DNA of 64,000 nt. It comes from an uncultured Thermodesulfatator sp. Lineage in GTDB: Bacteria; Desulfobacterota; Thermodesulfobacteria; Thermodesulfobacteriales; Thermodesulfobacteriaceae. The notes beneath the pieces were generated by a model that did no database searches, was not told the origin of the DNA, and worked only from the letters and a program-made list of their open reading frames with translations. Position 1 is the stretch's first letter; every line of letters starts with the position of its first letter. The stretch is from positions 77,989 to 141,988 of the forward strand of contig CAYXGJ010000002.1 in the NCBI GenBank assembly GCA_964464535.1, written 5' to 3'. This document shows positions 18,622 through 26,542 of the stretch, in pieces. Both the position numbers and the translations under genes were made by a program.

Positions 18622-19032
18622 TTATCTTAATAAATCTAAGGTTCTTAGAATCATACTTTTTGTAGTAGAAAGAATAGTTAAATTTGCTTCATAAGCTCTT
18701 CCCGCAGATAAAAGCTCAACCATTTCGGTAATTACATCCACATTAGGATACTTTACAATTCCTCTTTCATCAGCATCTGGATGGCCAGGATCATAGACTT
18801 CTTTAAAAGGAGAAGGATCATCAACTATTTTTTCTACTTTTACAGCTTTAAGTTCAGGATTTTTTTCTGAAACAGGGACAGCTTTTAAAACTATAACCTT
18901 GGCTTTATATGGTCCTCCTTCTAGAGTTCTTGTTACTTGAGAATTTGCAATATTTGTTGCAGCAATATTTAATCTTATTCTTTGAGCTAAAAGGCCACTG
19001 CCTACTATTTGTGATAATTTAAGTAAATTCAT
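18622..19032 (-). CDS. flgC: Flagellar basal-body rod protein FlgC
   Basis: NIANSQVTRT, YDPGHPDAD, PNVDVITEMV, RAYEAN. Confidence 0.96.
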   Translation of the reverse strand: MNLLKLSQIVGSGLLAQRIRLNIAATNIANSQVTRTLEGGPYKAKVIVLKAVPVSEKNPELKAVKVEKIVDDPSPFKEVYDPGHPDADERGIVKYPNVDVITEMVELLSAGRAYEANLTILSTTKSMILRTLDLLR

Positions 19033-19034
19033 AT

Positions 19035-19430
19035 TTATCTACCTCCTTCAGTTATTGCTTCTCTTAATCTTTCTAATTCCTTTGAAAGAGCTTGTAATGT
19101 TGCTTCATATAACATTTGATTTTCTGTAAGCTGAACTAATTCTTCCTCAAGATTGACATTATTTGGAGTTCCCAAAGTTTCTTCTTCATAAGCTTTTATA
19201 AATTCATTTATACTTCTTAAAGATCCTCTAAAATGCTTAGGATGTGTGGTTTTGAGTCGATTTTTTTCGGAAAGATAACTCTGAATAATTTTTTCAAAAG
19301 GAATGTCTTTTCTTCTATATCCAGGGGTATCAACATTTGCTATATTTGAAGCAAGAAGAGAGTGTTTATAAGATCTAAGTTTTAAAGCAGTTTTTACAAG
19401 ATTAAAAGTTTTTTCAAAAACTCCTAACAT
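19035..19430 (-). CDS. flgB: Flagellar basal-body rod protein FlgB
   Basis: ASNIANVDTPGY, NNVNLEEE, NQMLY. Confidence 0.95.
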   Translation of the reverse strand: MLGVFEKTFNLVKTALKLRSYKHSLLASNIANVDTPGYRRKDIPFEKIIQSYLSEKNRLKTTHPKHFRGSLRSINEFIKAYEEETLGTPNNVNLEEELVQLTENQMLYEATLQALSKELERLREAITEGGR

Positions 19431-19441
19431 ATTTTATCTCC

Positions 19442-20767
19442 TTATAATAAACCTTCTTTTTCATATTGTTTGAGCTTGTTTCTCAAAGTTCTAACAGTAA
19501 TTCCTAAAAGTTCTGCAGCTTTGGTTCTATTTCCCTTACACATTTCTAAAGCCTTTAAAATAGCTTCCCTCTCAAGTTCTGAAAGAGGTTTTACTTCTAT
19601 AAAATTTTTTGCAAAATCTGTGCCTGTATAAGAAGAGGTTGAACTTTGAGAAAAAGGATCTGTAAGATTTTCCAGATCTATTAATTTTTCCTCACAGGTG
19701 AGAACAGCTCGTTCAATCATATTCTTTAGTTCTCTTACATTTCCCGGAAAAGGATAATTTTTTAAAAAAGAAAGAGCCTTTTCTGTGAAGCCCTTTATGT
19801 TTTTATGATAAAAAGTGGAAAAATTTTCCAGGAAGTAAAAAGCTAAAAGTTCTATATCCTCTTTTCTTTCTCTTAATGACGGAATTTTGACAGTAATAAC
19901 ATTTATTCTATAAAAGAGATCATTTCTAAAATGTCCTTCAGCAACTTCCTTTTCAATATCTTTGTTTGTGGTTGAGATAAGTCTTATATCTACTTTTATA
20001 GGTTGGTAACCACCTAAACGGTCTACTTCTTCTTCTTGAAGAACTCTTAAAAGTTTACTTTGAAGATGGGGGTGCATTTCTGTAATTTCATCTAATAAAA
20101 GAGTTCCTTTATCAGCTAATTCTATTTTTCCTTTTTTTCTAAAATTAGCTCCAGAAAAGGCACCCTTTTCATAGCCAAAAAGTTCAGATTCTAAAAGAGA
20201 TTCTGGTAAGGCTGCACAATTTATAGCAATAAAAGGACCAAATCTTCTAGGACTTTTTTGGTGAATATATTTGGAAAGAAGTTCCTTTCCTGTTCCTGTT
20301 TCCCCAATCAAAAGAATAGGAGCTTTGCTTTGAGCAACTTCCTCTAATTTTTTAAGAATTTTAAGCATATATGGATTTTTAGTAATGAAAGCCTCATTTT
20401 GCCAGAAAATCTTTTTTTCTTCTAAGGCATAAAGAATGGTTTTTTCCATAACTTCAAAAGGAGTTGAAAGAAGTTTAAAATCATAGGCTCCTCTTTTAAT
20501 GAATTCAATAGCATCTTCTAATTCTGCCCTTTCAGCTAAAAAAACAATAGATTTTAATCCTAACTTAAAAAAACTATCAACTAATGAAGGATTTTTGGTT
20601 TCTTCATAAGAGAGTTCATAAACCATTATATCTATAGATGAGGGAACCTTTTGAAAATCAAATTCAGACTTTTTAAAAAATAAAACCTCAAGACCCCTTT
20701 CTGAAAGAGAGTCTCTGAGGAGTTTTGCTTCTAAACTATCTCCAGTTAAACATATCCTTCCCTTCAT
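19442..20767 (-). CDS. Sigma-54-dependent Fis-family activator with an atypical receiver domain (FleR/FlrC position)
   Basis: GETGTGKE, GAFSGA, LLLDEI, FPGNVRELKN, C-terminal HTH; degenerate REC N-terminus. Confidence 0.88.
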   Translation of the reverse strand: MKGRICLTGDSLEAKLLRDSLSERGLEVLFFKKSEFDFQKVPSSIDIMVYELSYEETKNPSLVDSFFKLGLKSIVFLAERAELEDAIEFIKRGAYDFKLLSTPFEVMEKTILYALEEKKIFWQNEAFITKNPYMLKILKKLEEVAQSKAPILLIGETGTGKELLSKYIHQKSPRRFGPFIAINCAALPESLLESELFGYEKGAFSGANFRKKGKIELADKGTLLLDEITEMHPHLQSKLLRVLQEEEVDRLGGYQPIKVDIRLISTTNKDIEKEVAEGHFRNDLFYRINVITVKIPSLRERKEDIELLAFYFLENFSTFYHKNIKGFTEKALSFLKNYPFPGNVRELKNMIERAVLTCEEKLIDLENLTDPFSQSSTSSYTGTDFAKNFIEVKPLSELEREAILKALEMCKGNRTKAAELLGITVRTLRNKLKQYEKEGLL

Positions 20768-20775
20768 ATAATTAA

Positions 20776-22647
20776 TTAAAATACTGTTTGATGGGTTCTT
20801 TCTATAAGATTTCTCATTTTTTCATAACTTTTTGCAAGTTCACTTTCTAAAAAGTTTCCTTTTGTTAACTCTTTCCACATTTCTGTGGAAGACTTAATAT
20901 TCCCTTGCCTTTCTAAGTAATAAGCTTCTAACCATTTTATTTTTAAATTATCAGGGAATTTTTCTTTAGCATATTTTAAAGTATTTTCAAAAATAGCCTT
21001 ATCAGTATTAAAGGTCTCTAAAAGTAAAAGCACATAATCATCAGCTTTAGCTTTAAAAAAAGGATTATTCGTGTAAGCTAAAGCTTTGCTATACTGCCTT
21101 AAATAAAGAGCTCTATCACGAAAATATTTTAAGAGTTTTTCTTTAAATTTTTCTGATAAAGTTGAATTTAAAACTAAATTTAAATAATAATCACCACTGC
21201 TTAAGTTTTTTTGTCCCTCATAAAAAGCCTTTAAATAAAAATAATAGGGATCTTTTATCGAATCTTTATATTTGCCTTTATCTAAAAAATTAAAAATATC
21301 ATTAAATAAATCTAAGTTTCTATCTTCCAAAGCTAACAACCCCAATTTAAGCAAAATCTTAGGAATAAGATCTTCTCTATTATTTATTTCATAAGCTCTA
21401 ATAAAACAATAAGAAGCCTTAGTGTAAAAATTATAATTTAAGTAAATATCTCCTAGTATATAATAAGCTTCTCCACATTTAGTTTTTTCAAAAAGTTCTT
21501 TATCTTCCCCTTCTAGTTTTACCACTAAAGCAAGATTCTTCTTCTCAGAGTTTTCTTCAAAAAAGAAGCTTATACTTTTACAATAATAGGTTTTCACTAT
21601 ATCAATCAATGGACTTTTTTCGTAAGTTTTTAAAAATTCTATAGCACTTTTTCTTGCTAAGAAATAATTTTTATCTTCAAAGGAAACTTTAATAATCATA
21701 AAGCTTGCTTCTTCAACTATTTTCTCTTCAGGATATTTACTTTTAATTAAAGTAGCAAAAGAAATTAAATCCTCTTTAGTTTTTTCGGGAAGAAGTTCTT
21801 TAATTAAGCTCTTTTCATAAGCTATTTGATAAAGTCTAAATTTAGAAAAAAGAGCTTCTTTAGTGCCATCCCAATTAGTAATAATTAATTCATAAAATGT
21901 TTTTGCCTTTTCTTCATTCTTTTTAAAATAGGCTTCAGCTAATTGGTATATTAATTCTGGAGCTTCTTTATAAGTTCCATATACATTTATAAAAGTAAAA
22001 AAATCATCTTCAGCTTTTTTAAGCTCTCCTCTTTTAATAAAATAAAAACCTCTAAGTTTATAAATCTCTCCTAAATTTTTTTTAATCAAGGCCTTATCTA
22101 TTCTTTTTATTTCTTCTGCAGGAAGTTCTTTAATGAAATAAAGTAAAACTTTAGCTTCATTTTTTAAACTTTCATCACAATAAGAATTTAAAAAATCTTT
22201 CAAATCCTTTTTAGCAATTTTATACTCACCTCTTATTATATAAGATTTTATATTTATTAAATTTGCTAAGCAGGCTTCATGGGTTCCCTTTTTTACTGAG
22301 ATAACTTTTTCAGAAAATTCAGAAGCCCTTTCTGGAAAACCTAATCTGAGAAAGCTTTCAGAAATAATTAGATTTTCTTCAGGAGTAAGAGAAAAATCAG
22401 AAGGTAATTCCTTTAAAAAATCTATTGTTTTTTCATAAAGTTTTTGATTGTAGGCATTTTTTATTTTTTGTACAATCTCTTCAGCTTTTTTTACTTCAGC
22501 TTCCCTTTCTTTGGTTTTATTGAAAGAAAATAAAATAATGCCCAAATCTTTTGGACTTTCAGAAATTGAAAGAGAAAAGAAAATAAGAATAGATAAAAAA
22601 CTTAAAAAGATTATAAAAGTAATAATAAAAAATTTTAAATTTCTCAT
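20776..22647 (-). CDS. Membrane-anchored tetratricopeptide-repeat protein
   Basis: N-terminal TM; repeated helical motifs (LIYQLAEAYF, AYYILGDIY, WLEAYYLERQG). Confidence 0.7.
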   Translation of the reverse strand: MRNLKFFIITFIIFLSFLSILIFFSLSISESPKDLGIILFSFNKTKEREAEVKKAEEIVQKIKNAYNQKLYEKTIDFLKELPSDFSLTPEENLIISESFLRLGFPERASEFSEKVISVKKGTHEACLANLINIKSYIIRGEYKIAKKDLKDFLNSYCDESLKNEAKVLLYFIKELPAEEIKRIDKALIKKNLGEIYKLRGFYFIKRGELKKAEDDFFTFINVYGTYKEAPELIYQLAEAYFKKNEEKAKTFYELIITNWDGTKEALFSKFRLYQIAYEKSLIKELLPEKTKEDLISFATLIKSKYPEEKIVEEASFMIIKVSFEDKNYFLARKSAIEFLKTYEKSPLIDIVKTYYCKSISFFFEENSEKKNLALVVKLEGEDKELFEKTKCGEAYYILGDIYLNYNFYTKASYCFIRAYEINNREDLIPKILLKLGLLALEDRNLDLFNDIFNFLDKGKYKDSIKDPYYFYLKAFYEGQKNLSSGDYYLNLVLNSTLSEKFKEKLLKYFRDRALYLRQYSKALAYTNNPFFKAKADDYVLLLLETFNTDKAIFENTLKYAKEKFPDNLKIKWLEAYYLERQGNIKSSTEMWKELTKGNFLESELAKSYEKMRNLIERTHQTVF

Positions 22648-22669
22648 TTAACTAATAAAGTATCAAAAA

Positions 22670-23656
22670 TTATACCAAATTATATTTTTTAAGTTTTTCT
22701 ATAAAAGTTGTACGATTCAATCCTAATAATTTAGCTGCTTTTGTTTTGGTACCCTTTGATATTTCAAGAGCTTTTTTGAGATAATAAATTTCTATTTCTC
22801 TTAAAAGTTTATTTAATTCAATTCCTTCTTCAGATATTTCTGGAAGTGTATATTTAACCCATGTTTCTTTTTTTTCAATTAAACCTTCTCTTATAGGGAA
22901 TTTTAAATCTAATGAAGATATAGAAAGATCTTTAACTCCGATAATATTATTTTCTGAGAGTATTACTAGCCTTTCTATCAAATTTTCTAATTCTCTTATG
23001 TTACCAGGCCAGTGATAATTGATAAGTTTTTCTAAAGCAGAAGGAGTAATTGTTTTTTCCTCTATTCCTTCTCTTTCACATAACCTTTTTAAGAAGAATT
23101 TTACTAATAAAGGAATATCTTCTTTTCTTTCTCTTAAGGGAGGAAGTGTTAAAGGAATTACATTTAATCTAAAAAAAAGATCCTCCCTAAATCTTCCTTC
23201 CTTAACCTCTTTTTCTAAATCCTTATTGGTTGCAGCAATAATCCTTACTTCAATTTTAATAGCCTTATCACCACCTAATCTTTCTACTTGTTTTTCTTGA
23301 ATTACTCTTAAAAGTTTGGCCTGGAGTTTAGGACTTAAATCTCCTATTTCATCAAGAAAGATAGTTCCTTGGTTTGCAAGTTCAAATTTACCTGGTTTAC
23401 TTTTTATAGCTCCTGTAAAGGCTCCTTTTTCATATCCAAAAAGCTCAGCTTCTAAAAGTTCCTCTGGAATAGCGGCACAATTTATGGGAACAAAGGGTCC
23501 TTTTCTTTTACTACAAAAATGAATATATTTTGCCAAAACCTCTTTTCCTGTTCCTGATTCTCCAAGGATAAGAATTGTGCTTGAAGAAGGAGCTACCTTC
23601 TTTGCTAACTCATAAATTCTTTTCATTTGTGGATTTCGAGTTTCTAAAAGAAACAT
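22670..23656 (-). CDS. Sigma-54-dependent activator lacking an N-terminal regulatory domain (FleQ/FlrA position)
   Basis: Begins directly at the AAA+ domain: GESGTGKE, GAFTGA, FLDEIG, WPGNIRELEN; C-terminal HTH AAKLLGLNRTT. Confidence 0.9.
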   Translation of the reverse strand: MFLLETRNPQMKRIYELAKKVAPSSSTILILGESGTGKEVLAKYIHFCSKRKGPFVPINCAAIPEELLEAELFGYEKGAFTGAIKSKPGKFELANQGTIFLDEIGDLSPKLQAKLLRVIQEKQVERLGGDKAIKIEVRIIAATNKDLEKEVKEGRFREDLFFRLNVIPLTLPPLRERKEDIPLLVKFFLKRLCEREGIEEKTITPSALEKLINYHWPGNIRELENLIERLVILSENNIIGVKDLSISSLDLKFPIREGLIEKKETWVKYTLPEISEEGIELNKLLREIEIYYLKKALEISKGTKTKAAKLLGLNRTTFIEKLKKYNLV

Positions 23657-23693
23657 ATTAAAATTATATCACAATTTTGACAGATATGTCAAA
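23657..23693 (-). promoter_or_regulatory. Consensus sigma70 promoter (TTGACA-18-TATAAT, extended -10) with an overlapping palindrome; probably leaderless
   Basis: Minus strand: TTGACA 23692-23687, TGA-TATAAT 23668-23663, 6 nt, ATG 23656. Palindrome TTTGACA-GATA-TGTCAAA at 23676-23693. Confidence 0.7.
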
Positions 23694-23700
23694 TTTTTGA

Positions 23701-25542
23701 TTATTTATTTTTTATATATTTATGAGCATATTTTCTTACATAATGTCCTTCAAGAACATGAAATATACGTATTTTTTCAAGAAAGTTTTTGGAAAATGAG
23801 CCAATAGGTAGAAAAATTACTTTTTTACCTTGAAGGGAAGCAAATTTTTTTGCAAGATTAGTGGGGGGTTTTTTGGCTACATAAATTATATATTTTTCTA
23901 AGCTATAATCTATTCCGGCTAAGAGAAGTCTTTCAGCTTTATTTATTGCTATATCAAAATAAGGATCTTCCCATATATCATAGACTCTCATAGGAGGATA
24001 AGTAAGCATGAAACCTCCATATTTAGCTTTAGCAATACCAGGACCTACTACAGTTTCTTTTGGATCAGTGGAATAAAAAGCCATGTCTGATTCTTGATGA
24101 TGTTCTCCATGCCAGGTAAAATTCCAAGGATACCTTTCCTTTCCTGTTAATGGATCAGGATCTTCTTCGAAAATTATTACTATTGAACCTGCCTTTGCAT
24201 GAGCTTGGGGTTCTTCTTTAACATAAGGAGTTTCTTCAAAAAACCATTTTCTTATTGTTTCCTTTAAATCTAAACCATCTTTTAATGAAACTGTAAAAGG
24301 TTCAATTTTTCTTAAATTTTCTGTAATAACTTTAAGTCCTTTCTCCATCACCTTTTTTCCAAAAGTTTCAACTACTACATCCTCTGGAGGAAAAGAGCAA
24401 ATAACCTTTCCGGTGAAATCTTTCTTAAAAATTTTCCTTTCTTCTCTTGTAGTAAATCCTTGCAAGAAATTTAAGCTACTTCTTATGCTTTTTATTTTCC
24501 TTGAAATTCTTAGTCTTTTAGAAGGAAGTCTTAAATCTTCGGGAGAAAGATTTATAATAGGGAAGGGAGAAAGCTCTTCTTTTTGAAATTCATAGAAAGT
24601 TGCAATCTCCCAAAACCAGAAGGCAAATTCATCTCCTCCTATTCCTCTTACTGCTAAAATTAATGTATAAAGGTCAGGAATATATTGTCCTTTTATTAAA
24701 AGAAGATTCCTTAAAAATTGTCCAAAAACTTGAAGATCCTTGGGAGAAAGCTTTGTTCCTGTTTCTTTATAATACTTTTGTCTTGCCTTTTCAAAGACTT
24801 CTTCAAATAAAGTAATTCTATCAAGGGTAAATTTTTTATTTTCTATTAATTTTTTTCTATTTTTTTCATAAACACATTGAAAATACCCGGGCTCAGAAAG
24901 AATTTCTCTTAAACTTTTAGAATTTAAAGTATAAATTTCTATTTCTTTAGGTATATTTTTAGGAAGATATAGTAAACCCGAAGCTGTTTTAAGAGCACTT
25001 ATTACTCCCTTTACTTGATAAAAGGGCAAAATAATAGCGATAGAATTATATTTTTGAGAAATTTCAAGGATTTTTTCTGCGATGTATTTTTCTCTTTCTG
25101 TTAGATATTCTTCAAAAAAGGAAAGAGTTAAATTTACATATTTGATAAATTCTAATTCCTTAATAAGATAAGTAGGTAGAGGAGTAAAATTAGATAAGTC
25201 TTCTTGTGGTGCTTCCTTTGGAAGATCTATAAAAAAAATAGGGATACTTGAAAAAATAGCATATCTTGTTGCTTCAACTAAAGGGCATAAAGGTTCTACA
25301 ATTAGATATTCAGTTTCTTGTGTTTTATAAATGAGAGAAAGAACAGAAATGGTAGGAAGACTTTTTACAGCAAGCAACCATTTATCTTTTATAAAAAAAG
25401 GAAGGGCAATTGCTATAGCAGAAGGTTTAATTTCAGCTAAAAGTTTTATAATACTTTGAGTAATTTCAAGATTACTGGAAAAGAAAGGTAGGAAATATAA
25501 AATTGAAGTTTTATCCTTAAATTTTTTTTCAATTTTAAACAT
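23701..25542 (-). CDS. Conserved hypothetical 613-aa protein, partner of the adjacent MoxR AAA+ ATPase
   Basis: Long intact ORF 7 bp downstream of the ATPase; information-rich C-terminal half (ICSFPPED, DGLDLKETIRKW, TWHGEHHQESDMAFYST, PPMRVYDIWEDP). Confidence 0.8.
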   Translation of the reverse strand: MFKIEKKFKDKTSILYFLPFFSSNLEITQSIIKLLAEIKPSAIAIALPFFIKDKWLLAVKSLPTISVLSLIYKTQETEYLIVEPLCPLVEATRYAIFSSIPIFFIDLPKEAPQEDLSNFTPLPTYLIKELEFIKYVNLTLSFFEEYLTEREKYIAEKILEISQKYNSIAIILPFYQVKGVISALKTASGLLYLPKNIPKEIEIYTLNSKSLREILSEPGYFQCVYEKNRKKLIENKKFTLDRITLFEEVFEKARQKYYKETGTKLSPKDLQVFGQFLRNLLLIKGQYIPDLYTLILAVRGIGGDEFAFWFWEIATFYEFQKEELSPFPIINLSPEDLRLPSKRLRISRKIKSIRSSLNFLQGFTTREERKIFKKDFTGKVICSFPPEDVVVETFGKKVMEKGLKVITENLRKIEPFTVSLKDGLDLKETIRKWFFEETPYVKEEPQAHAKAGSIVIIFEEDPDPLTGKERYPWNFTWHGEHHQESDMAFYSTDPKETVVGPGIAKAKYGGFMLTYPPMRVYDIWEDPYFDIAINKAERLLLAGIDYSLEKYIIYVAKKPPTNLAKKFASLQGKKVIFLPIGSFSKNFLEKIRIFHVLEGHYVRKYAHKYIKNK

Positions 25543-25549
25543 GTTTGAA

Positions 25550-26437
25550 TTAATCTAAAGGACGTAATAAAGGTTTAGTTGATTTCTTATTTTCCAAAAG
25601 TTCTTTCAAATATATTAATGCTTGAGGACCGAGTATTACTGAAATAGCCTCTTTAAGAAGTGGTAAAAGATTTGTTAAATCCTTAGAGGATTTATTTGAG
25701 AATTTAATTTTTTTAAGGACATAACGCCCTATATTTACTCCATCTCTTACACTATAAAGTTCTCCATATTCGTGAGCCATTTGTAAAAACCTAACTATAT
25801 AGTCAAGAAGTCCTTCATCAGCCCAAGGCAAATTAGTTTTTAAAATAGCCTTTTCTTCTTCATAAGAAGGAAAATCTATAAAAATTTGAGGTTGCAATCT
25901 TGAATGGATATATTCAGGCAATTCAAAGGTTGAAGCATCTTCATTCATAGTTACGCAAAGTCTAAAATCTAGGTGAGCTTTTATTTTTATTCCTGCTATA
26001 ATAGATTCTACGTACCTTCTGGCATCAAGAAGAGGTGCAAGAGAAGCCCAGGATTTTTCACTCATTCGATTAGCCTCATCAATAATAGCTACTCCACCTT
26101 TTATCATAGCAGTAACTATAGGGCTTGCTACATACCTTATTTTTTTATCTTCTGAAATAACAGGAGTTATAATAAGATCTTCTGGTCTTGTATCAACAGT
26201 TGCCTGGAAAATATAAACTTCTTTATTTAGCCTTTTTGCAGCTGCATAGGCAAGGGTTGTTTTCCCAACCCCAGGTTTTCCAATAAGACGAGGGGTTAGA
26301 GGAAGGTCTTTTTCATCTAAAATAAGCCAGCAAGCAAGTATTTGTTCAATAATTTCATTCCTTGGATAAAGAGGAATATTTAATTCATCAGGGTGAGAAA
26401 GGTATATGGTTACACCGTCAATTACAACGCTTTCCAT
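25550..26437 (-). CDS. MoxR/CbbQ-type AAA+ ATPase (AAA_5)
   Basis: Walker A GKPGVGKT, TRPEDLI, Walker B IIDEANRM, FRLCVTMN, sensor/arginine finger YIHSRL. Confidence 0.88.
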   Translation of the reverse strand: MESVVIDGVTIYLSHPDELNIPLYPRNEIIEQILACWLILDEKDLPLTPRLIGKPGVGKTTLAYAAAKRLNKEVYIFQATVDTRPEDLIITPVISEDKKIRYVASPIVTAMIKGGVAIIDEANRMSEKSWASLAPLLDARRYVESIIAGIKIKAHLDFRLCVTMNEDASTFELPEYIHSRLQPQIFIDFPSYEEEKAILKTNLPWADEGLLDYIVRFLQMAHEYGELYSVRDGVNIGRYVLKKIKFSNKSSKDLTNLLPLLKEAISVILGPQALIYLKELLENKKSTKPLLRPLD

Positions 26438-26503
26438 ATAATTTTAAATATATTCCGCTTTTAAAAATTTGCTACCTTAAATTTTACAAGAATAAAAAAG
26501 TTA

Positions 26504-26535
26504 TTGACAAATGTAATTTAAAGGACTATTAATTT
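26504..26535 (+). promoter_or_regulatory. Possible sigma70 promoter of the NSS transporter
   Basis: TTGACA 26504-26509; -10 ambiguous (TATTAA at 17 nt or TAATTT at 20 nt); no SD before ATG 26543. Confidence 0.4.
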
Positions 26536-26542
26536 TAAAATT

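Noticed and set aside
21854-21868. Sigma-54-like TGGCAC-N5-AAGC on the minus strand
   Set aside because: Inside the TPR coding sequence (WDGTKEAL), -12 is not TTGC, and it is about 1.1 kb from the next start codon.
19442-23656. Nucleotide similarity between the two sigma-54 activators
   Set aside because: Limited to conserved AAA+ motifs, with many synonymous differences; ordinary paralogy, unlike the exact uvrA repeat.
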